From Gammaproteobacteria bacterium (GTDB taxonomy: Bacteria > Pseudomonadota > Gammaproteobacteria > GCA-001735895): a DNA stretch of 51,649 nucleotides. A program made the position numbers and the translations under genes. Under the pieces are notes generated by a model, which saw only the letters and a program-made list of their open reading frames with translations, was not told the origin of the DNA and did no database searches. Shown here piece after piece: positions 1-13,800 of this stretch. Numbering within the stretch: position 1 is the stretch's first letter; each line of letters begins with the position of its first letter. The stretch covers positions 1-51,649 of the forward strand of contig JBLHOA010000002.1 of NCBI GenBank assembly GCA_047622345.1, in the 5' to 3' direction.

Positions 1-425
1 AAAGCATCCATAACGAACACATCACACAGCGATGCATATTGTCGTGACAAAGAATCGTCGTTAGCTTTTTCGCCGACATTAAAGCGAACATTTTCCAGCA
101 GCACGACATCACCATTTTTCATGGCCGGAGGTTTATGCAGATAGTCAGCCACCAGTGCCACGTCCCGGCCGAGTAACCCGGACAGGTAGTTGGCCACCGG
201 TTGCAACGAAAATTCGGCCTCGGAATTGCCTTCAACGGGCCGCCCCAGATGCGACATGATCATCAGCTGCGCGCCGGCATCGATACAATGCTGTATCGCC
301 GGCAATGACGCTTTGATGCGCTGGCCGCTAGTGACTTCGCCATCGCTTATCGGGACATTCAAGTCCTGTCGAATCAATACCCGCTTACCGGCCAGATCCA
401 GGTCGGTTAATTTGGTGACGATCAT
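1..425 (-). CDS. pgk: Phosphoglycerate kinase, 5' part (runs off the window edge)
   Basis: Not in the ORF track. Manual translation from ATG at 425 on the minus strand gives [25 protein letters not shown], the typical Pgk N-terminus; it lies directly downstream of gapA. Confidence 0.95.
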   Translation of the reverse strand, partial: MIVTKLTDLDLAGKRVLIRQDLNVPISDGEVTSGQRIKASLPAIQHCIDAGAQLMIMSHLGRPVEGNSEAEFSLQPVANYLSGLLGRDVALVADYLHKPPAMKNGDVVLLENVRFNVGEKANDDSLSRQYASLCDVFVMDA

Positions 426-437
426 ATAAGAGCCTGC

Positions 438-1436
<999 letters not shown>

Positions 1437-1486
1437 TTATTTCTCCAGTAAAAATATCAAGTTAAATTGGTTTATTGATCAACTGG

Positions 1487-3481
1487 TTAATTGATCAGAC
1501 CGTTTACCGCTTCTGCAACCTTATCCACGGTAAATCCAAAATAGGCAAAAAGTTCCTTCGCCGGTGCCGACTCGCCAAACGTATCCATGCCGATCACCCG
1601 TCCCTGCAAGCCGACATATTTATACCAGCCGTCACTCACTGCGGCCTCAATGACCAGACGGGCAGAGACTTCGGGCGGAAGCACCGAATCACGGTATTCC
1701 TTGTCCTGACTATCAAACACCGAAGTACAGGGCATCGACACGACACGAATATTCAGATCTTTCAGGGCTTCTGAATTGAGCGCTGCCATGGCCAGTTCAA
1801 TTTCGGATCCGGTGGCAATAATGATCGCCTCAGGAGTACCCTCGCTATCGCGCAGAATATACCCGCCCCGGCGAATCGCTTCGATTTGTTCGGCACTACG
1901 GGGCTGATGCTTCAGCGTTTGGCGTGAGAACACCAGGCAACTCGGGCCGTCTCTGCGATCAATAGCCGCTTTCCAGCTAACCGCCGACTCAACCGCATCG
2001 CAGGGTCGCCAGACTTGCATGTTAGGGATCATGCGCAAGGTTGGCAGTTGTTCGACAGCCTGATGGGTCGGCCCGTCTTCGCCCAGGCCGATGGAGTCAT
2101 GGGTATAGACGAAAATACTTTGTATTTTCATCAAAGCCGCCATGCGCAGTGCATTTCGCGCATATTCGGAAAACATCAAAAAGGTGGCGCCAAAAGGAAT
2201 AAAACCGCCGTGCAGAACAATACCGTTGAGCATCGCCGACATGCCGAACTCGCGCACTCCGTAGTTGACGTAGTTGGCGTCGGGTAATTCGGCACGCATG
2301 GGTTTGAAACCGGACCACTCGGTCAAATTTGAGCAACCCAGGTCGGCGGAACCACCAAAAAGCTCAGGCAACAGCGGCGAGAAAGCTTCGATCGCGGCCA
2401 ACGATGCCTGCCGGGTGGCTTTATCTGCGCCAGCCTCATCGACTTCGGCGATGAATGCATTCGACGTTTCTTCCCAGTCGGCCGGCAATTCACCACTACT
2501 GCGGCGGGTGAATTCGGCCGCCAGTTCGGGGTGAGCTTCGCCGTAAGCTGAAAATTTTTCGTTCCATGCATCTTCCTGAGTCTGGCCCTTTTCGTGATGA
2601 TTCCAGCCTTTATAGACCTCTTCCGGTATATCAAAAGGTCCCTGCTCCCAGTTCAGTTCGATCCGGGTCAATGCGATTTCGTCTTCGCCCAGTGGCGCAC
2701 CATGACAACCATGCGTTCCTGCCTTATTCGGTGAACCGAAGCCAATCGTTGTTTTACAACAAATCAGCGAGGGCCTTGCGGTAATAGCGCGTGCGGCTTC
2801 AATTGCAATCTTGAGGGCATCGGGGTCGTGCCCGTCAACTTCGATAACGTGCCAGCCGTAAGCCTCGAAACGCTTAGGCGTATCGTCTTCGAACCAGCCT
2901 TCGACATGGCCATCGATCGATATCCCGTTGTCATCCCAGAAAGCGATCAACTTGCCCAGACCCAGAACACCGGCTAAGGAGCTGGCCTCGTGGGAAATCC
3001 CTTCCATCATGCAGCCATCACCTAGGAACACATAGGTGAAATGATTAACGATTTGATGACCTTCCTGATTGAATTTTGCACCCAGCACGCGTTCGGCGAT
3101 GGCCATACCGACGGCGTTGGCAAGGCCCTGCCCGAGCGGCCCGGTGGTGGTCTCTATGCCCGGAGCATAGCCATATTCGGGGTGACCCGGCGTCTTCGAA
3201 TGCAGCTGGCGAAAGTTTTTCAGATCATCGATATTGACCTGATAACCGGTCAAATGCAGCAGCGAGTAGGGCAGCATAGAGCCATGCCCATTGGACATCA
3301 CGAATCGATCGCGGTCGACCCATTCGGGATTTGTCGGGTTGTGGCGCATGAAGTCGTTATAAAGCACTTCGGCAATGTCAGCCATGCCCATCGGCGCCCC
3401 GGGATGGCCTGAATTGGCGCGTTGCACTGCATCCATGCTCAGCACACGAATAGCATTGGCGAGCGTCTTACGTGATGGCAT
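1487..3481 (-). CDS. tkt: Transketolase
   Basis: [27 protein letters not shown] motif, GEDGPTHQ; 664 aa. Confidence 0.98.
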   Translation of the reverse strand: MPSRKTLANAIRVLSMDAVQRANSGHPGAPMGMADIAEVLYNDFMRHNPTNPEWVDRDRFVMSNGHGSMLPYSLLHLTGYQVNIDDLKNFRQLHSKTPGHPEYGYAPGIETTTGPLGQGLANAVGMAIAERVLGAKFNQEGHQIVNHFTYVFLGDGCMMEGISHEASSLAGVLGLGKLIAFWDDNGISIDGHVEGWFEDDTPKRFEAYGWHVIEVDGHDPDALKIAIEAARAITARPSLICCKTTIGFGSPNKAGTHGCHGAPLGEDEIALTRIELNWEQGPFDIPEEVYKGWNHHEKGQTQEDAWNEKFSAYGEAHPELAAEFTRRSSGELPADWEETSNAFIAEVDEAGADKATRQASLAAIEAFSPLLPELFGGSADLGCSNLTEWSGFKPMRAELPDANYVNYGVREFGMSAMLNGIVLHGGFIPFGATFLMFSEYARNALRMAALMKIQSIFVYTHDSIGLGEDGPTHQAVEQLPTLRMIPNMQVWRPCDAVESAVSWKAAIDRRDGPSCLVFSRQTLKHQPRSAEQIEAIRRGGYILRDSEGTPEAIIIATGSEIELAMAALNSEALKDLNIRVVSMPCTSVFDSQDKEYRDSVLPPEVSARLVIEAAVSDGWYKYVGLQGRVIGMDTFGESAPAKELFAYFGFTVDKVAEAVNGLIN

Positions 3482-3754
3482 ACAATTCTCCGCAGGTCGA
3501 ATATTTCATAAATATATGATTTATATAATTATTTTTACTATTTCGCCGATTACAATCCGGTCCAGCTCGTGTCAAATGCGCTTCATAGCGCTTCCTGCCT
3601 TGGACGAGGCGCGATATTCTCTCGTAAATGCAAAACAACGGCAACTCAATTTCGAGATATCGGTTGAAGAGCCGTGAACGGTGAAATCAGAGCTGTTAAT
3701 TTCGAATGTCTTACCTATAATACTTTTTTTCTAATTTTTTGCCGAGGCTTCTAC

Positions 3755-4921
3755 ATGTCGGGATCATACATATTTACTTCTGAATCAGTTTCGGGTGGGC
3801 ACCCAGATAAAATGGCTGACCAAATTTCTGATGCCGTTCTCGACGCTTTGCTCGAACAGGACCATCGATCACGGGTGGCCTGCGAAACGCTGGTGAAAAC
3901 CGGAATGGTGATGCTGGCCGGAGAAATCACTACTAATGCAGAAGTCGATCTGGAAGCGCTGGTGCGCAAGACGGTCACTGATATCGGCTACGACAATCCA
4001 GAATGCGGATTCGACGGCAAGACCTGTGCGGTATTAACCGGTCTCGGCAAACAGTCCGGCGATATCGCCATGGGCGTCGATGAATCGGACGACAAGGAAC
4101 AGGGAGCTGGCGATCAGGGCTTAATGTTCGGCTTTGCCAGCAATGAAACCGATGTGCTAATGCCGGCGCCTATCACCTATTCCCACCGACTAGTTCGTCG
4201 TCAATTTGAATTGATGAAATCGGGAGCCCTCGACTGGCTACTGCCCGACGCAAAAAGCCAGATCACTTTCCGCTATGAAAATCATAAGCCGGTGGCCATT
4301 GAAGCGGTCGTTCTGTCTACCCAGCACAAAGAATCAGTCGACCTGGCAACGCTGCGCGAAGCGGTCATGGAAATGATACTCAAACCGGTGCTACCCGAAG
4401 CCTGGTTTTCGCAATGCAAGAGCGAAAATATCCATATTAACCCAACCGGCCGATTTGTCGTTGGTGGCCCGGTTGGTGATGCCGGATTAACCGGGCGCAA
4501 GATTATTGTCGACACTTACGGTGGTATGGCGCGCCACGGCGGCGGCGCATTTTCCGGGAAAGATCCCTCTAAGGTTGATCGTTCTGCAGCTTACGCCGCG
4601 CGCTATGTGGCAAAAAATATCGTTGCTGCCGGAATTGCCGATCGATGCGAAATCCAGGTCTCTTATGCAATTGGTGTCGCCGAGCCGACTTCGATCAGTG
4701 TAGAAACTTTCGGCACTGGAAAAATAGACGACGCCAGGCTTGATCAATTAGTTCGCCAACACTTTGACTTACGCCCGAAGGGCTTGATCGCCATGCTTGA
4801 CCTGCTCAAACCGATTTACCTGCCCACCGCAGCCTATGGCCACTTCGGCCGTGATGATCTGGACCTGAGCTGGGAACGTACCGATAAAGCCGAAGCATTG
4901 CGCGCCGACGCCGGACTTTAA
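3755..4921 (+). CDS. metK: S-adenosylmethionine synthetase (start moved to ATG 3755)
   Basis: FTSESVxxGHPDK, GAGDQG and [16 protein letters not shown] signatures; GAGG upstream of ATG 3755. Confidence 0.97.
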   Translation: MSGSYIFTSESVSGGHPDKMADQISDAVLDALLEQDHRSRVACETLVKTGMVMLAGEITTNAEVDLEALVRKTVTDIGYDNPECGFDGKTCAVLTGLGKQSGDIAMGVDESDDKEQGAGDQGLMFGFASNETDVLMPAPITYSHRLVRRQFELMKSGALDWLLPDAKSQITFRYENHKPVAIEAVVLSTQHKESVDLATLREAVMEMILKPVLPEAWFSQCKSENIHINPTGRFVVGGPVGDAGLTGRKIIVDTYGGMARHGGGAFSGKDPSKVDRSAAYAARYVAKNIVAAGIADRCEIQVSYAIGVAEPTSISVETFGTGKIDDARLDQLVRQHFDLRPKGLIAMLDLLKPIYLPTAAYGHFGRDDLDLSWERTDKAEALRADAGL

Positions 4922-4962
4922 TCACATAATCGCCCGATAGCCTAAAAATCGGTCGGACAAAA

Positions 4963-4990
4963 TTGACAGTGGTTGAAATTTAGCTAAAAT
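4963..4990 (+). promoter_or_regulatory. Sigma70-type promoter for the SAH riboswitch-ahcY transcript
   Basis: TTGACA (4963-4968), 16-nt spacer, TAAAAT (4985-4990), just upstream of the riboswitch leader. Confidence 0.7.
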
Positions 4991-5020
4991 ATGCCTCCCC
5001 GATATCGCAGAGGTGTCGGG

Positions 5021-5092
5021 CGCGGGTGATTGAGGAGCGTTGCGACAGCTAAAGCTGCCAGGCTTGACACCGCGTGATTCGAACGGCGCTCA
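5021..5092 (+). ncRNA. SAH (S-adenosylhomocysteine) riboswitch
   Basis: Hallmark GAGGAGCGTTGC...CCAGGCT...AACGGCGCTCA. Outer stem CGCGGGTG-a-TTGAG pairs with CTTGA-CACCGCG; inner hairpin CAGC-TAAA-GCTG; pseudoknot GAGCG (5035-5039) with CGCTC (5087-5091). It sits directly 5' of ahcY, the canonical context. Confidence 0.92.
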
Positions 5093-5113
5093 TAAATAGA
5101 TTGGAGTTTATTT

Positions 5114-6532
5114 ATGAATGCTAATGCCGATAGTGCAGTCGCACAGGACTATATAGTCGCCGACCTGTCCCTCGCCAGCTGGGGACGCAAAGAAATGAAT
5201 ATCGCCGAAACCGAAATGCCGGGATTGGTGTCTTTACGCAGTAAATACGGAACTGAAAAGCCGCTGAAAGGCGCCCGTATCGCCGGTTCGTTACACATGA
5301 CGATTCAAACTGCGGTACTCATCGAAACACTAACCGCCCTTGGTGCCGAAGTACGCTGGGCTTCCTGTAATATCTTTTCAACCCAGGACCATGCCGCGGC
5401 TGCGATTGCCGAGTCAGGCGTACCGGTATTTGCCTTCAAAGGCGAAACTCTCGAAGACTACTGGCAATACACCCACCGCATCATGGAATGGCATGACGGT
5501 GGCACTCCGAACATGATTCTTGACGACGGTGGCGACGCAACCATGTTGATTAATCTGGGCACCAAAGCCGAACAGGATATCTCGGTTCTGGACAACCCCG
5601 GCACCGAAGAAGAAACCATTGCCTTTGCTGCGATTCGCGCCAAACTTGCCGAATCACCGAACTGGTATTCAACTATTCAGAAAAACATCCGTGGTGTTAC
5701 CGAAGAAACCACCACCGGTGTTCATCGTCTTTACCAGATGCAGGCACGCGGCGAGTTACCTTTCCCTGCCTTCAACGTGAATGATTCAGTGACCAAATCA
5801 AAATTTGACAACCTCTACGGCTGCCGTGAATCACTGGTTGATGCTATCAAACGCGCTACCGATGTGATGATTGCCGGTAAAGTAGCACTGGTGCTCGGCT
5901 ACGGTGATGTTGGTAAAGGTTCGGCACAATCGCTGAAAGGCCTCGGCGCGACTGTAATGGTTTCCGAAATCGACCCGATCTGTGCTTTGCAGGCGGCGAT
6001 GGAAGGATTTCGTATCGTAACTTTGGATGATGTCTGTGACCAGGTGGATATTTTTGTCACCACCACCGGCAACTTCAACGTTATCCGCGAAGAGCACATG
6101 CTAAAAATGAAGAACCAGGCAATCGTGTGCAATATCGGACACTTTGATAACGAAATCGAAGTGGCCGAACTAAAGAAATACGAATGGGAAAATATCAAAC
6201 CACAGGTTGATCACATCATCTTCCCCGATGGCAAGCGCATTATTCTGCTCGCCGAAGGTCGACTGGTTAATCTCGGTTGCGGCACCGGTCACCCAAGCTT
6301 TGTCATGTCCAACTCCTTCACCAACCAGACACTCGCGCAAATGGAGATCTTCTGTAACCCCGGAAAATACGGCAACGAAGTCTACGTATTGCCGAAGCAC
6401 CTGGACGAAGAAGTAGCACGATTGCACCTGGATAAAATTGGCGCCAAACTGACCAAGCTGACACCAGAACAGGCCGCTTACATCGACGTTAGCGTTGATG
6501 GCCCTTACAAGCCTGAGGCCTACCGCTACTAG
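5114..6532 (+). CDS. ahcY: Adenosylhomocysteinase
   Basis: [58 protein letters not shown]; C-terminal YRY. Confidence 0.98.
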   Translation: MNANADSAVAQDYIVADLSLASWGRKEMNIAETEMPGLVSLRSKYGTEKPLKGARIAGSLHMTIQTAVLIETLTALGAEVRWASCNIFSTQDHAAAAIAESGVPVFAFKGETLEDYWQYTHRIMEWHDGGTPNMILDDGGDATMLINLGTKAEQDISVLDNPGTEEETIAFAAIRAKLAESPNWYSTIQKNIRGVTEETTTGVHRLYQMQARGELPFPAFNVNDSVTKSKFDNLYGCRESLVDAIKRATDVMIAGKVALVLGYGDVGKGSAQSLKGLGATVMVSEIDPICALQAAMEGFRIVTLDDVCDQVDIFVTTTGNFNVIREEHMLKMKNQAIVCNIGHFDNEIEVAELKKYEWENIKPQVDHIIFPDGKRIILLAEGRLVNLGCGTGHPSFVMSNSFTNQTLAQMEIFCNPGKYGNEVYVLPKHLDEEVARLHLDKIGAKLTKLTPEQAAYIDVSVDGPYKPEAYRY

Positions 6533-6558
6533 GCCGCATTAATGCAGGTTTTCCGCTA

Positions 6559-7290
6559 ATGCGCATTTCACGGGTTTTTTGTGGAGAAAAATTAGCGCTT
6601 AAGGTCGACATCAAACTCGACAAACCTGCCTTTCACTACCTCAAACATGTGTTGCGTCTGGAAACAGGCGCAACCCTTGTTTTGTTTAATGGTGAGGATG
6701 GAATAGATTATCAGGGAACGATAAATATGGGCGCTAAATCCGCCAGCGTTTTCATCGATAGCCAGACCGCGAACGGCCTCGAATCTCCGCTACACAGTGA
6801 AATTATCCAGGGCCTTGCGCGCTCGGATCACCTCGACTGGATGATCCAGAAATCGACCGAACTCGGTGTGCGCAACATTTCCCTGTTTAATGCAGTTAGA
6901 ACCCAAATCCCGCTAAAACCGAAGCAACTCGAAAAGAAATTAAATCACTGGAAATCCGTCGCTAGCAGCGCCTGTGAACAATGCGGACGCAGTGTTGTAC
7001 CATCGATCAATTTCTACAAGTCGCTGCAACAAGCACTGTTGTCATCGACGCCTACGCAACGGATTGTCCTCGACTTTTCAGGCCTGCCTATGCGTGATTG
7101 CCTACCGGATAAGCCTCCGCAAAACCTTGCCATACTGCTGGGGCCGGAAGGAGGTTTGGATGCCACTGAAATCGAGCAGGCTTCGCAGGCGGGGTTTCTA
7201 GCGGCGAGCCTCGGCCCACGGGTTTTACGAACCGAAACGGCGGCGGTTGCTGCACTTACGCTCGCGCAGGCTTACTGGGGGGACATTTAA
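6559..7290 (+). CDS. rsmE: 16S rRNA m3U1498 methyltransferase
   Basis: HVLR, QKSTELGV, ACEQCGR, GPEGG and LGPRVLRTETA SPOUT motifs. Confidence 0.95.
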   Translation: MRISRVFCGEKLALKVDIKLDKPAFHYLKHVLRLETGATLVLFNGEDGIDYQGTINMGAKSASVFIDSQTANGLESPLHSEIIQGLARSDHLDWMIQKSTELGVRNISLFNAVRTQIPLKPKQLEKKLNHWKSVASSACEQCGRSVVPSINFYKSLQQALLSSTPTQRIVLDFSGLPMRDCLPDKPPQNLAILLGPEGGLDATEIEQASQAGFLAASLGPRVLRTETAAVAALTLAQAYWGDI

Positions 7291-7319
7291 AACACAACCC
7301 TGCGGCTATAGCGCAAACG

Positions 7320-7805
7320 CTACCTACTGAGCTCCGCGATGCGCTCAGGGGTAAACTCAATCTTCAGGTCGACGATTATTTTATCCAGGTCGGGAATAGC
7401 GCGTACGAGTTGATCTTCATCGATTTGACAAAGCAGATACTCACTTATGGGGGCGTCACCGGTGCTTTCAATGGTATTGCTATCCGCTAGATAAGCCCGT
7501 GGAATATCCTGCATGTGTATGCCGAGATAGGGTAGGTCGGCATCTTTTTCGGGGTTATAGATTATCGCTATTCGAGCCCTTGGGCCGACGCCAGCAACGC
7601 CCAGACCGCACATCTGTTCAACCGACACCACAGGAATATAAACGCCTCGCCACAGGACTGCGCCAGAAAACCAATCGCTGGTAGCGGATATTTTGCGGGG
7701 AGTTGAAAAACCGATAATCTCAGCCACGGCCGAGTTGGGTATCAATAAACTAATCGAGGTAAGTGGCAACAACATGCAACGAACTGAACCATTATTCTCA
7801 CTCAT
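7320..7805 (-). CDS. chpC: CheW-like coupling protein ChpC
   Basis: LLIPNSAVAEII and GAVLWRGVYIPVVS CheW-like motifs; last gene of the Pil-Chp cluster. Confidence 0.8.
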   Translation of the reverse strand: MSENNGSVRCMLLPLTSISLLIPNSAVAEIIGFSTPRKISATSDWFSGAVLWRGVYIPVVSVEQMCGLGVAGVGPRARIAIIYNPEKDADLPYLGIHMQDIPRAYLADSNTIESTGDAPISEYLLCQIDEDQLVRAIPDLDKIIVDLKIEFTPERIAELSR

Positions 7806-7821
7806 AAATCGATCCTGTTAA

Positions 7822-10800
7822 TTAGACAGCTGCCAGAGCGGACTGGATATTTTCGATTAACTCATCTTCCTGGTATGGCTTACCCATATAATTAGCTACG
7901 CCAATTTCAAAGGCTCGGTCGCGATGTTTTTCGCCGGTTCGTGAGGTAATCATAATAATCGGTATTTTCGAATAATTTGGCTCATTTTGCATATGAGTTG
8001 CCAGTTCAAAGCCATCCATCCGCGGCATTTCAATATCGAGTAGCATCACATCAGGACGAACATCTTCCAGTTGTGCCAGGGCATCAACACCGTCTTTTGC
8101 GGTAACGACCTCATAGTTATGACGCAACAATAACTTACTCGCCACGCGGCGCATAGTTATCGAGTCATCGACCACCATGACGGTGGATCGGGCATTTTGT
8201 TTGCTTAGGGCCTCATCGCTCTGGTAAACAATCTTCACTGGGCTGCTAACACTGTGACGAACCAGGCCGTTGACATCGAGGATCAAAACAATGCTGCCGT
8301 CAGCAAGTATGCTGGCTCCCGACAGACCTTTCACCTGACTCAATTGTTTACCCAGCGTTTTTACCACAATTTCCCGGTTACCCAGCACTTCGTCGACGTG
8401 AACAGCGACCCGTACATCGCCTGACCGGCTAAATATTATCGGTTGTTTTTGATCTTCCGCATGGGACTTGTAACCGTCACTCAGACCGACCAGTTTTGAC
8501 AGGGAGTGCAACGCAAATTTTTGCCCCGCGTATTCAAGCACAGGTTCGCTCTGCTTAAAGTGTTCGACCATTGCCTGGTTTTCGATACGGCTTATGCCCT
8601 CGATACTGATCAGCGGAATGGCATATATTTCATCGCCGCTGCGAATCAGAATCGCCTGGTTGATCGATAAGGTAAACGGTAAGCGCGCGATAAACGACGT
8701 ACCCTGAGAATTGGTTTCGATCTGCAAGATACCGCCCAGTTGTTTGATTTCAATATCAACAACATCCATGCCAACACCGCGACCGGATAACTGGGTAACA
8801 TGCTCGGCAGTGCTAAATCCCGGTTCAAGAATATACTGCACCAGGTCGGCGTCGGCGACATGATGCTCTTTTTCAATCAAGCCTAATTGCAGTGCACGAC
8901 TTCGTACTTTTTCAATATTGACGCCGGCGCCATCGTCAGACACCTTGATGACTATATCCGAACCATCCCGACTGATATCAATCGAAATCGATCCGGCCTC
9001 TGCCTTCCCCTTTTTGACGCGTTCCACCGGGGTTTCGATGCCATGCGACAATGCATTTCGCAGAATATGTTCGAGCGGGGCGACCATGCGATCGAGTACC
9101 TTGTTATCGACTTCGTTTTCTTCACCGGTAATGATCAGGTCGGCCTTTTTGCCCAGTTCCTGACTACTTTGTCGAACCAGACGCCGCAGCCGCGATAGCA
9201 AGCCGGAAAACTTAACCATGCGGCTTTTAATCAGTCCATCCTGCAATTCGGTGCTTACCCGCGATTGCTGTAACAACAAGGTTTCAGAATCCTTTACCTG
9301 TTCGCCGAGCATGCCCTGCAAGCTGGACAAATCATTCACCGACTCACTGAGTGACTTTGATAGTTCCTGAATAAGGGTGTATCGATCCAGTTCAAGCGGA
9401 TCGAATTCGCTACCAGCGCTGGCATCGACCCGGTGGCTGAAATGAACCTGCGCATCGGTTTCGGCTTCAAGACTACGCAATTGACCTTTTAAACGTGCAA
9501 TGGTCTGGCCTAACTCGCCAAGATAAGTGCCAAGGCCGGATACCTGTTGCTCCATTCGAGCACGATAAATACTAACTTCGCCGGCTGAATTGACCAGATT
9601 ATCCAGTAAATCCGCACGCACCCGGATCACGTCCTGGGTTTGCCTTTCAGTCCCGGCCAGAGGTTCCCCGGGTAAGTTGGCGCTGACAATATCAATATCT
9701 TCACTATCAATGTTAATACTGTCATCAAAAATTTCATTGGCGGATTTACCCGATTCACCACGACGCAATTGCTTCAATAACTCGACCTGCGCCGCCGAGT
9801 CGCTCAATGGCTGTCCTAGTTGCGCCTCTAATACCTGCCTGTGGAGTAAATCAAAACTGTTTTTCAGGAGATCGATCACATCGTCATTTTTCTCAACGCG
9901 ACCATCGATTATGGCGATGAACATCGACTCCATTTCATGTGATAAATCGCTGATTCCATTGAGTTCCGCCATTCTGGCGCCACCTTTCAAGGTGTGCAGA
10001 TAGCGCTGCAGTTCCATTACCGAGGTGTAGTCGTAAGAACCGGACTCATCGACTCGCTGAATCGACCAGGCATGCAGAGTATGATCGCTCATCTCAAGCA
10101 ATTCACTGGCTTCTTCAAAGAATATACCCAATAACTCACCATCCTGTGCAGGATCGCCCCCGTCGCTCATCATGGTCAAGGTATCGATAAACTCGCCTGA
10201 CTGTTGCTCCGCCTCCGGGATTTCAACCGTGTGCTCTTCCAGGTCTTCGGCAAATGCGCGTAAGCTGATTTCCAGATCTTTCGGTATCGGGGGCAGCGAT
10301 CGGCTTTCGACCAGTTCGCTGGTCATTTCATGCATCGCTTTGTGTCCTTCGCGATAAAGCGCAATTATTTCGTGGTCGAGCGCCAATCTCTGTGCAATCG
10401 CCGACTTCAATGGTTTTTCTAATAGTCCTGCGAGCTCACCAATGGAGGAGATATCGGCGGTGCGCGATGCGCCGTGGATGGTGTGTAAGGCGCGGTAAAT
10501 TTCTTCGCCGGGAATAAGTTCGCCTATTTGATCGGCTCGATCAAGGGCGGAATTTATTGTGCTTAGGTGCTGTTCGACTTCTTGTTGATAAATTATCAGC
10601 AGGTCCGGATCGAAGGAGAGGGCGATTGGTTTTGCTGCGTCCGGTATTGCGGGTGCGCTCACCCCTACCCCTTTTCCAGGCACCGGGCTCTTTGTCGTAT
10701 CTACGAAAGGGTCGGGGGGGGACTCCTCTGGTTCGACAGACTCAGACGCTGCCAGATTCCGGTAATCGTCGGTCAATGAATGATCTTTGCCGGTCGCAGC

Positions 10801-13800
10801 AGCATCGCCAGTTTCTAAAGTGGGAGCTGCGGGGATAGCCCCGGTATTAAAACTGCTTTCCTCGACTACTTCGATCGCATCGTCTATTTCGATCGCATCG
10901 TCTATTTCGATCGCATCGTCTATTTCGATCGCATCGTCTATTTCGATCGCATCGTCTATTTCGATCGCGTCGATTTCTTCACCTTCGAGGTCTATTTCCT
11001 GAGCCAGGTTTTCTAAAATGACCTCTTCTTCAAGATCCGCCAATGATTCTTCAGTTTCAAATAATTGTATTTCAGGAATGTCATCGTCATCCTCAGCAAA
11101 TACGCCAAAGTCATCATCATGTTCAGCAGCTTCCAGGAATTCGATCTGCTCAATTTCGGCCTCTGCCGCAATCACTGACTGCTCATCCAGGTCGATGGGC
11201 TGTGCTGAGCTATCGGCGTAGTCGACCGCAGCAGTGAACGCTTCTTTGTCGGTCGAAGTCATATCTTCGGGGCTTAGCGGGGGTATCGGCGGGACTATCG
11301 ATTCCTCAGCCTCGGCTACGTCGGATTTATCAAGGTCAGCTTCCGGAAAAATGGTATTGTCGAAATCCAGAGGGCTTGCCAGAACAGTGTCACTAAATGA
11401 ATCTGCCGCCGCTTTCTCGCCGGGAGCTACCTGCTCGAAAACCCTTGGGTCAACACGCATCGTATCCGGTTCTATTTGATCAAGTAATCCGCCCAGATTT
11501 AAAGACGGTGGCATAATTTGCGTATCTGCCCCTACACTTTCATTGCTTGAATCGACCTCATCGTCTTCAATAATGCGATCATAAGGCGACTCTACAACGG
11601 ACATTTGCTGGGTGTGTTCGATCAAAACCTGCGCGGCCTTAAACTCGGACAGGGTGCGAGCTACCCCCCGCAAATAGCCGATATTCTTTTCCACCGGTTT
11701 ATTTGTTTTTAACTCTTCAACCAATTGCATCAAAGCTTCGGCGGCTTTGCCAACGGCTTTTATTACCTGCCCCTCAGGCGCTACAGTCTTCTCAATTACC
11801 CGATTCAGCAGTTGCTCGTAATCCCATGCAAATTCACCAATTTTCATCGCGCCGACCAAGCGACCACTACCCTTAATGGTATGAAAAGCACGGCGAATAT
11901 TTTTAATTGCATTCTCATCTTCAGGATGCAGCTTCCAGTCCTGTTGTAGTCGCGCAATATTGATCGATTCTTCTTCTGCTTCCTCAAGGTATATTTCCAG
12001 AATTTCCGGATCACAGCCCGGTCTCAACACTTCCAGTTCTTCTTCTATAGCAACGACATTTATCAGATTCGCCGGGCTAACCGGCTGTGCTGGAGTTTCA
12101 ACCTCATCCCCTACAACAGTATCTTCTAAACTCGCCACATCGAAAACAGCATGAACCGTGTCATCGTGATCGAAACCCGTGGAAGCTTCGTCGACCGGCT
12201 CATCTGCGACCACGTCCTGCGGCTTTTCTCCGACTTCCGGCTCATCTTCAATGCCCGGGCTCACCAGATCGACCTCTATCGATTCTTCAGTGGCAACCAC
12301 CGGAGGTAAATCACCAGGGGGCAGGTTCTCAGAATCGACTACGGGTTCAATCGTGACATTTGTCGCGCCTGCATTGTTGTCGGAAGGCTGGGTTACAGCC
12401 CCGGGAGCTTCCTGCAATTCGACTTGATCAAGGACGCCAGTTTCGATATTTACAGGGTCCGACTCAACTTCAATCTCGACTTCTTCAGCATCGGCGTTAA
12501 CCTGCGCGTTATTCGACAATAAATCCTGCAATTGAATATCGGCAAAATCGAGAATACCAGCCGCATCATTCCGGTGTTCGCCAAGCGCTTCGAGATAATA
12601 CTCAAGGCTTGCGACGACCTGCGACAAGGAATCCAGTCGGCTGCTCTCCATAAATGCAACAATGTCATATCCCTGCAGGTAGTTGAGCAAACCATCCACA
12701 ACGTCAACCGCTCTGGGCTTATTGAGCAGTACCAGCGCACCTTTCGATTCTTTCATCAAGGTGATGCATAACTGTATGTTTTCAATCTGACTGGGATCTT
12801 TTATGAATTCAAGAAGCGCGTTTTTAGTCTTTTGTATATCGTCCAATGCCGCCGTTACAACTGCCGTTAAGACACTGTCCAATTCGTAATCTTTCGATAC
12901 GTCACTTTCCGATCTAGGTTCGTCTTCACTGACCGGTTGCCGTTTTTGCATCTGGTCGAGCGCCTGCTCAATCTGGAGCAATTCAGCGGCCATTTGTAAC
13001 AGATGGTCCTCGCTGGCTTTCTTACTTCCATCGATAATTTGCTTGACTGTTTCAATCTGCGATTCGACTAGCTGGCGCTGCGAACCGAGGCCAATCATCG
13101 CCAGGGTGTCAGAAATAATATGCATTTCCTGAGGAAGATCGCTAAGTAACTCAACCTTGCCTAAATCGCCATTGACATAAACTTCTAGCGTAGACTTCAC
13201 CGATTCGATATCAGACTTCATTGCTTCGGCGACGGTTTTCAACAATGCCTGATTCGGGCCGGCAATGTTATCCAGCACCCGGCTTCGTGCGGCTTCGCTC
13301 GGTAAGAACTCTTCTAAACGATAGGCGGTTTTTATCGCCTGGGTTTTAGGTCCGTCGCATTGCGGTTGCGCGATGTAATAGAGGAAGTTTTTAATCAGCT
13401 CTAACGGTTGCCGTTTGGCCAGACCGCGTTCACCTATAATCAAAATTACCCGAAATAATGCATCTATTTTTCCAAGCAAGCTCTTGATAGATACGCCCAG
13501 TTCGAGCTGTTGGCGGGATACCGATTCGATTAATGCACCGACAATCCACCAAATTCTTGCCACCTGCTCGGACAAAGATCTCTCTTCCAAAGCGGCACAA
13601 ACCATTTCAAGCTTTTTCAGGCTTTCTTCGATGTCTCTATCGCGGATGACGTTGACCAGCGCAATCTGATAAACCGGACGCAATCGCTTCGCCAGAAGTC
13701 TGGAAGCCTGGTTATCATTTTCACTGATTGCATCTACTTCGCTATCTTCCTGATGAACCGAAAGGTCGGGTAAAAACAATAACTTTTCAGAAAATAAATC

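Noticed and set aside
3674-3754. 27-aa N-terminal extension of MetK in the ORF track
   Set aside because: Homology starts at ATG 3755, which has an RBS; the extension covers a T-rich region containing TATAAT (3716-3721), more likely the promoter.
3482-3754. SAM riboswitch, Met boxes or a small regulator gene upstream of metK
   Set aside because: I could not recognise a SAM aptamer core, tandem AGACGTCT-like boxes or a credible ORF.
10870-10968. Possible CRISPR array
   Set aside because: The units are head-to-tail with no spacers, are 18 bp and in frame inside chpA, and no cas genes are present.
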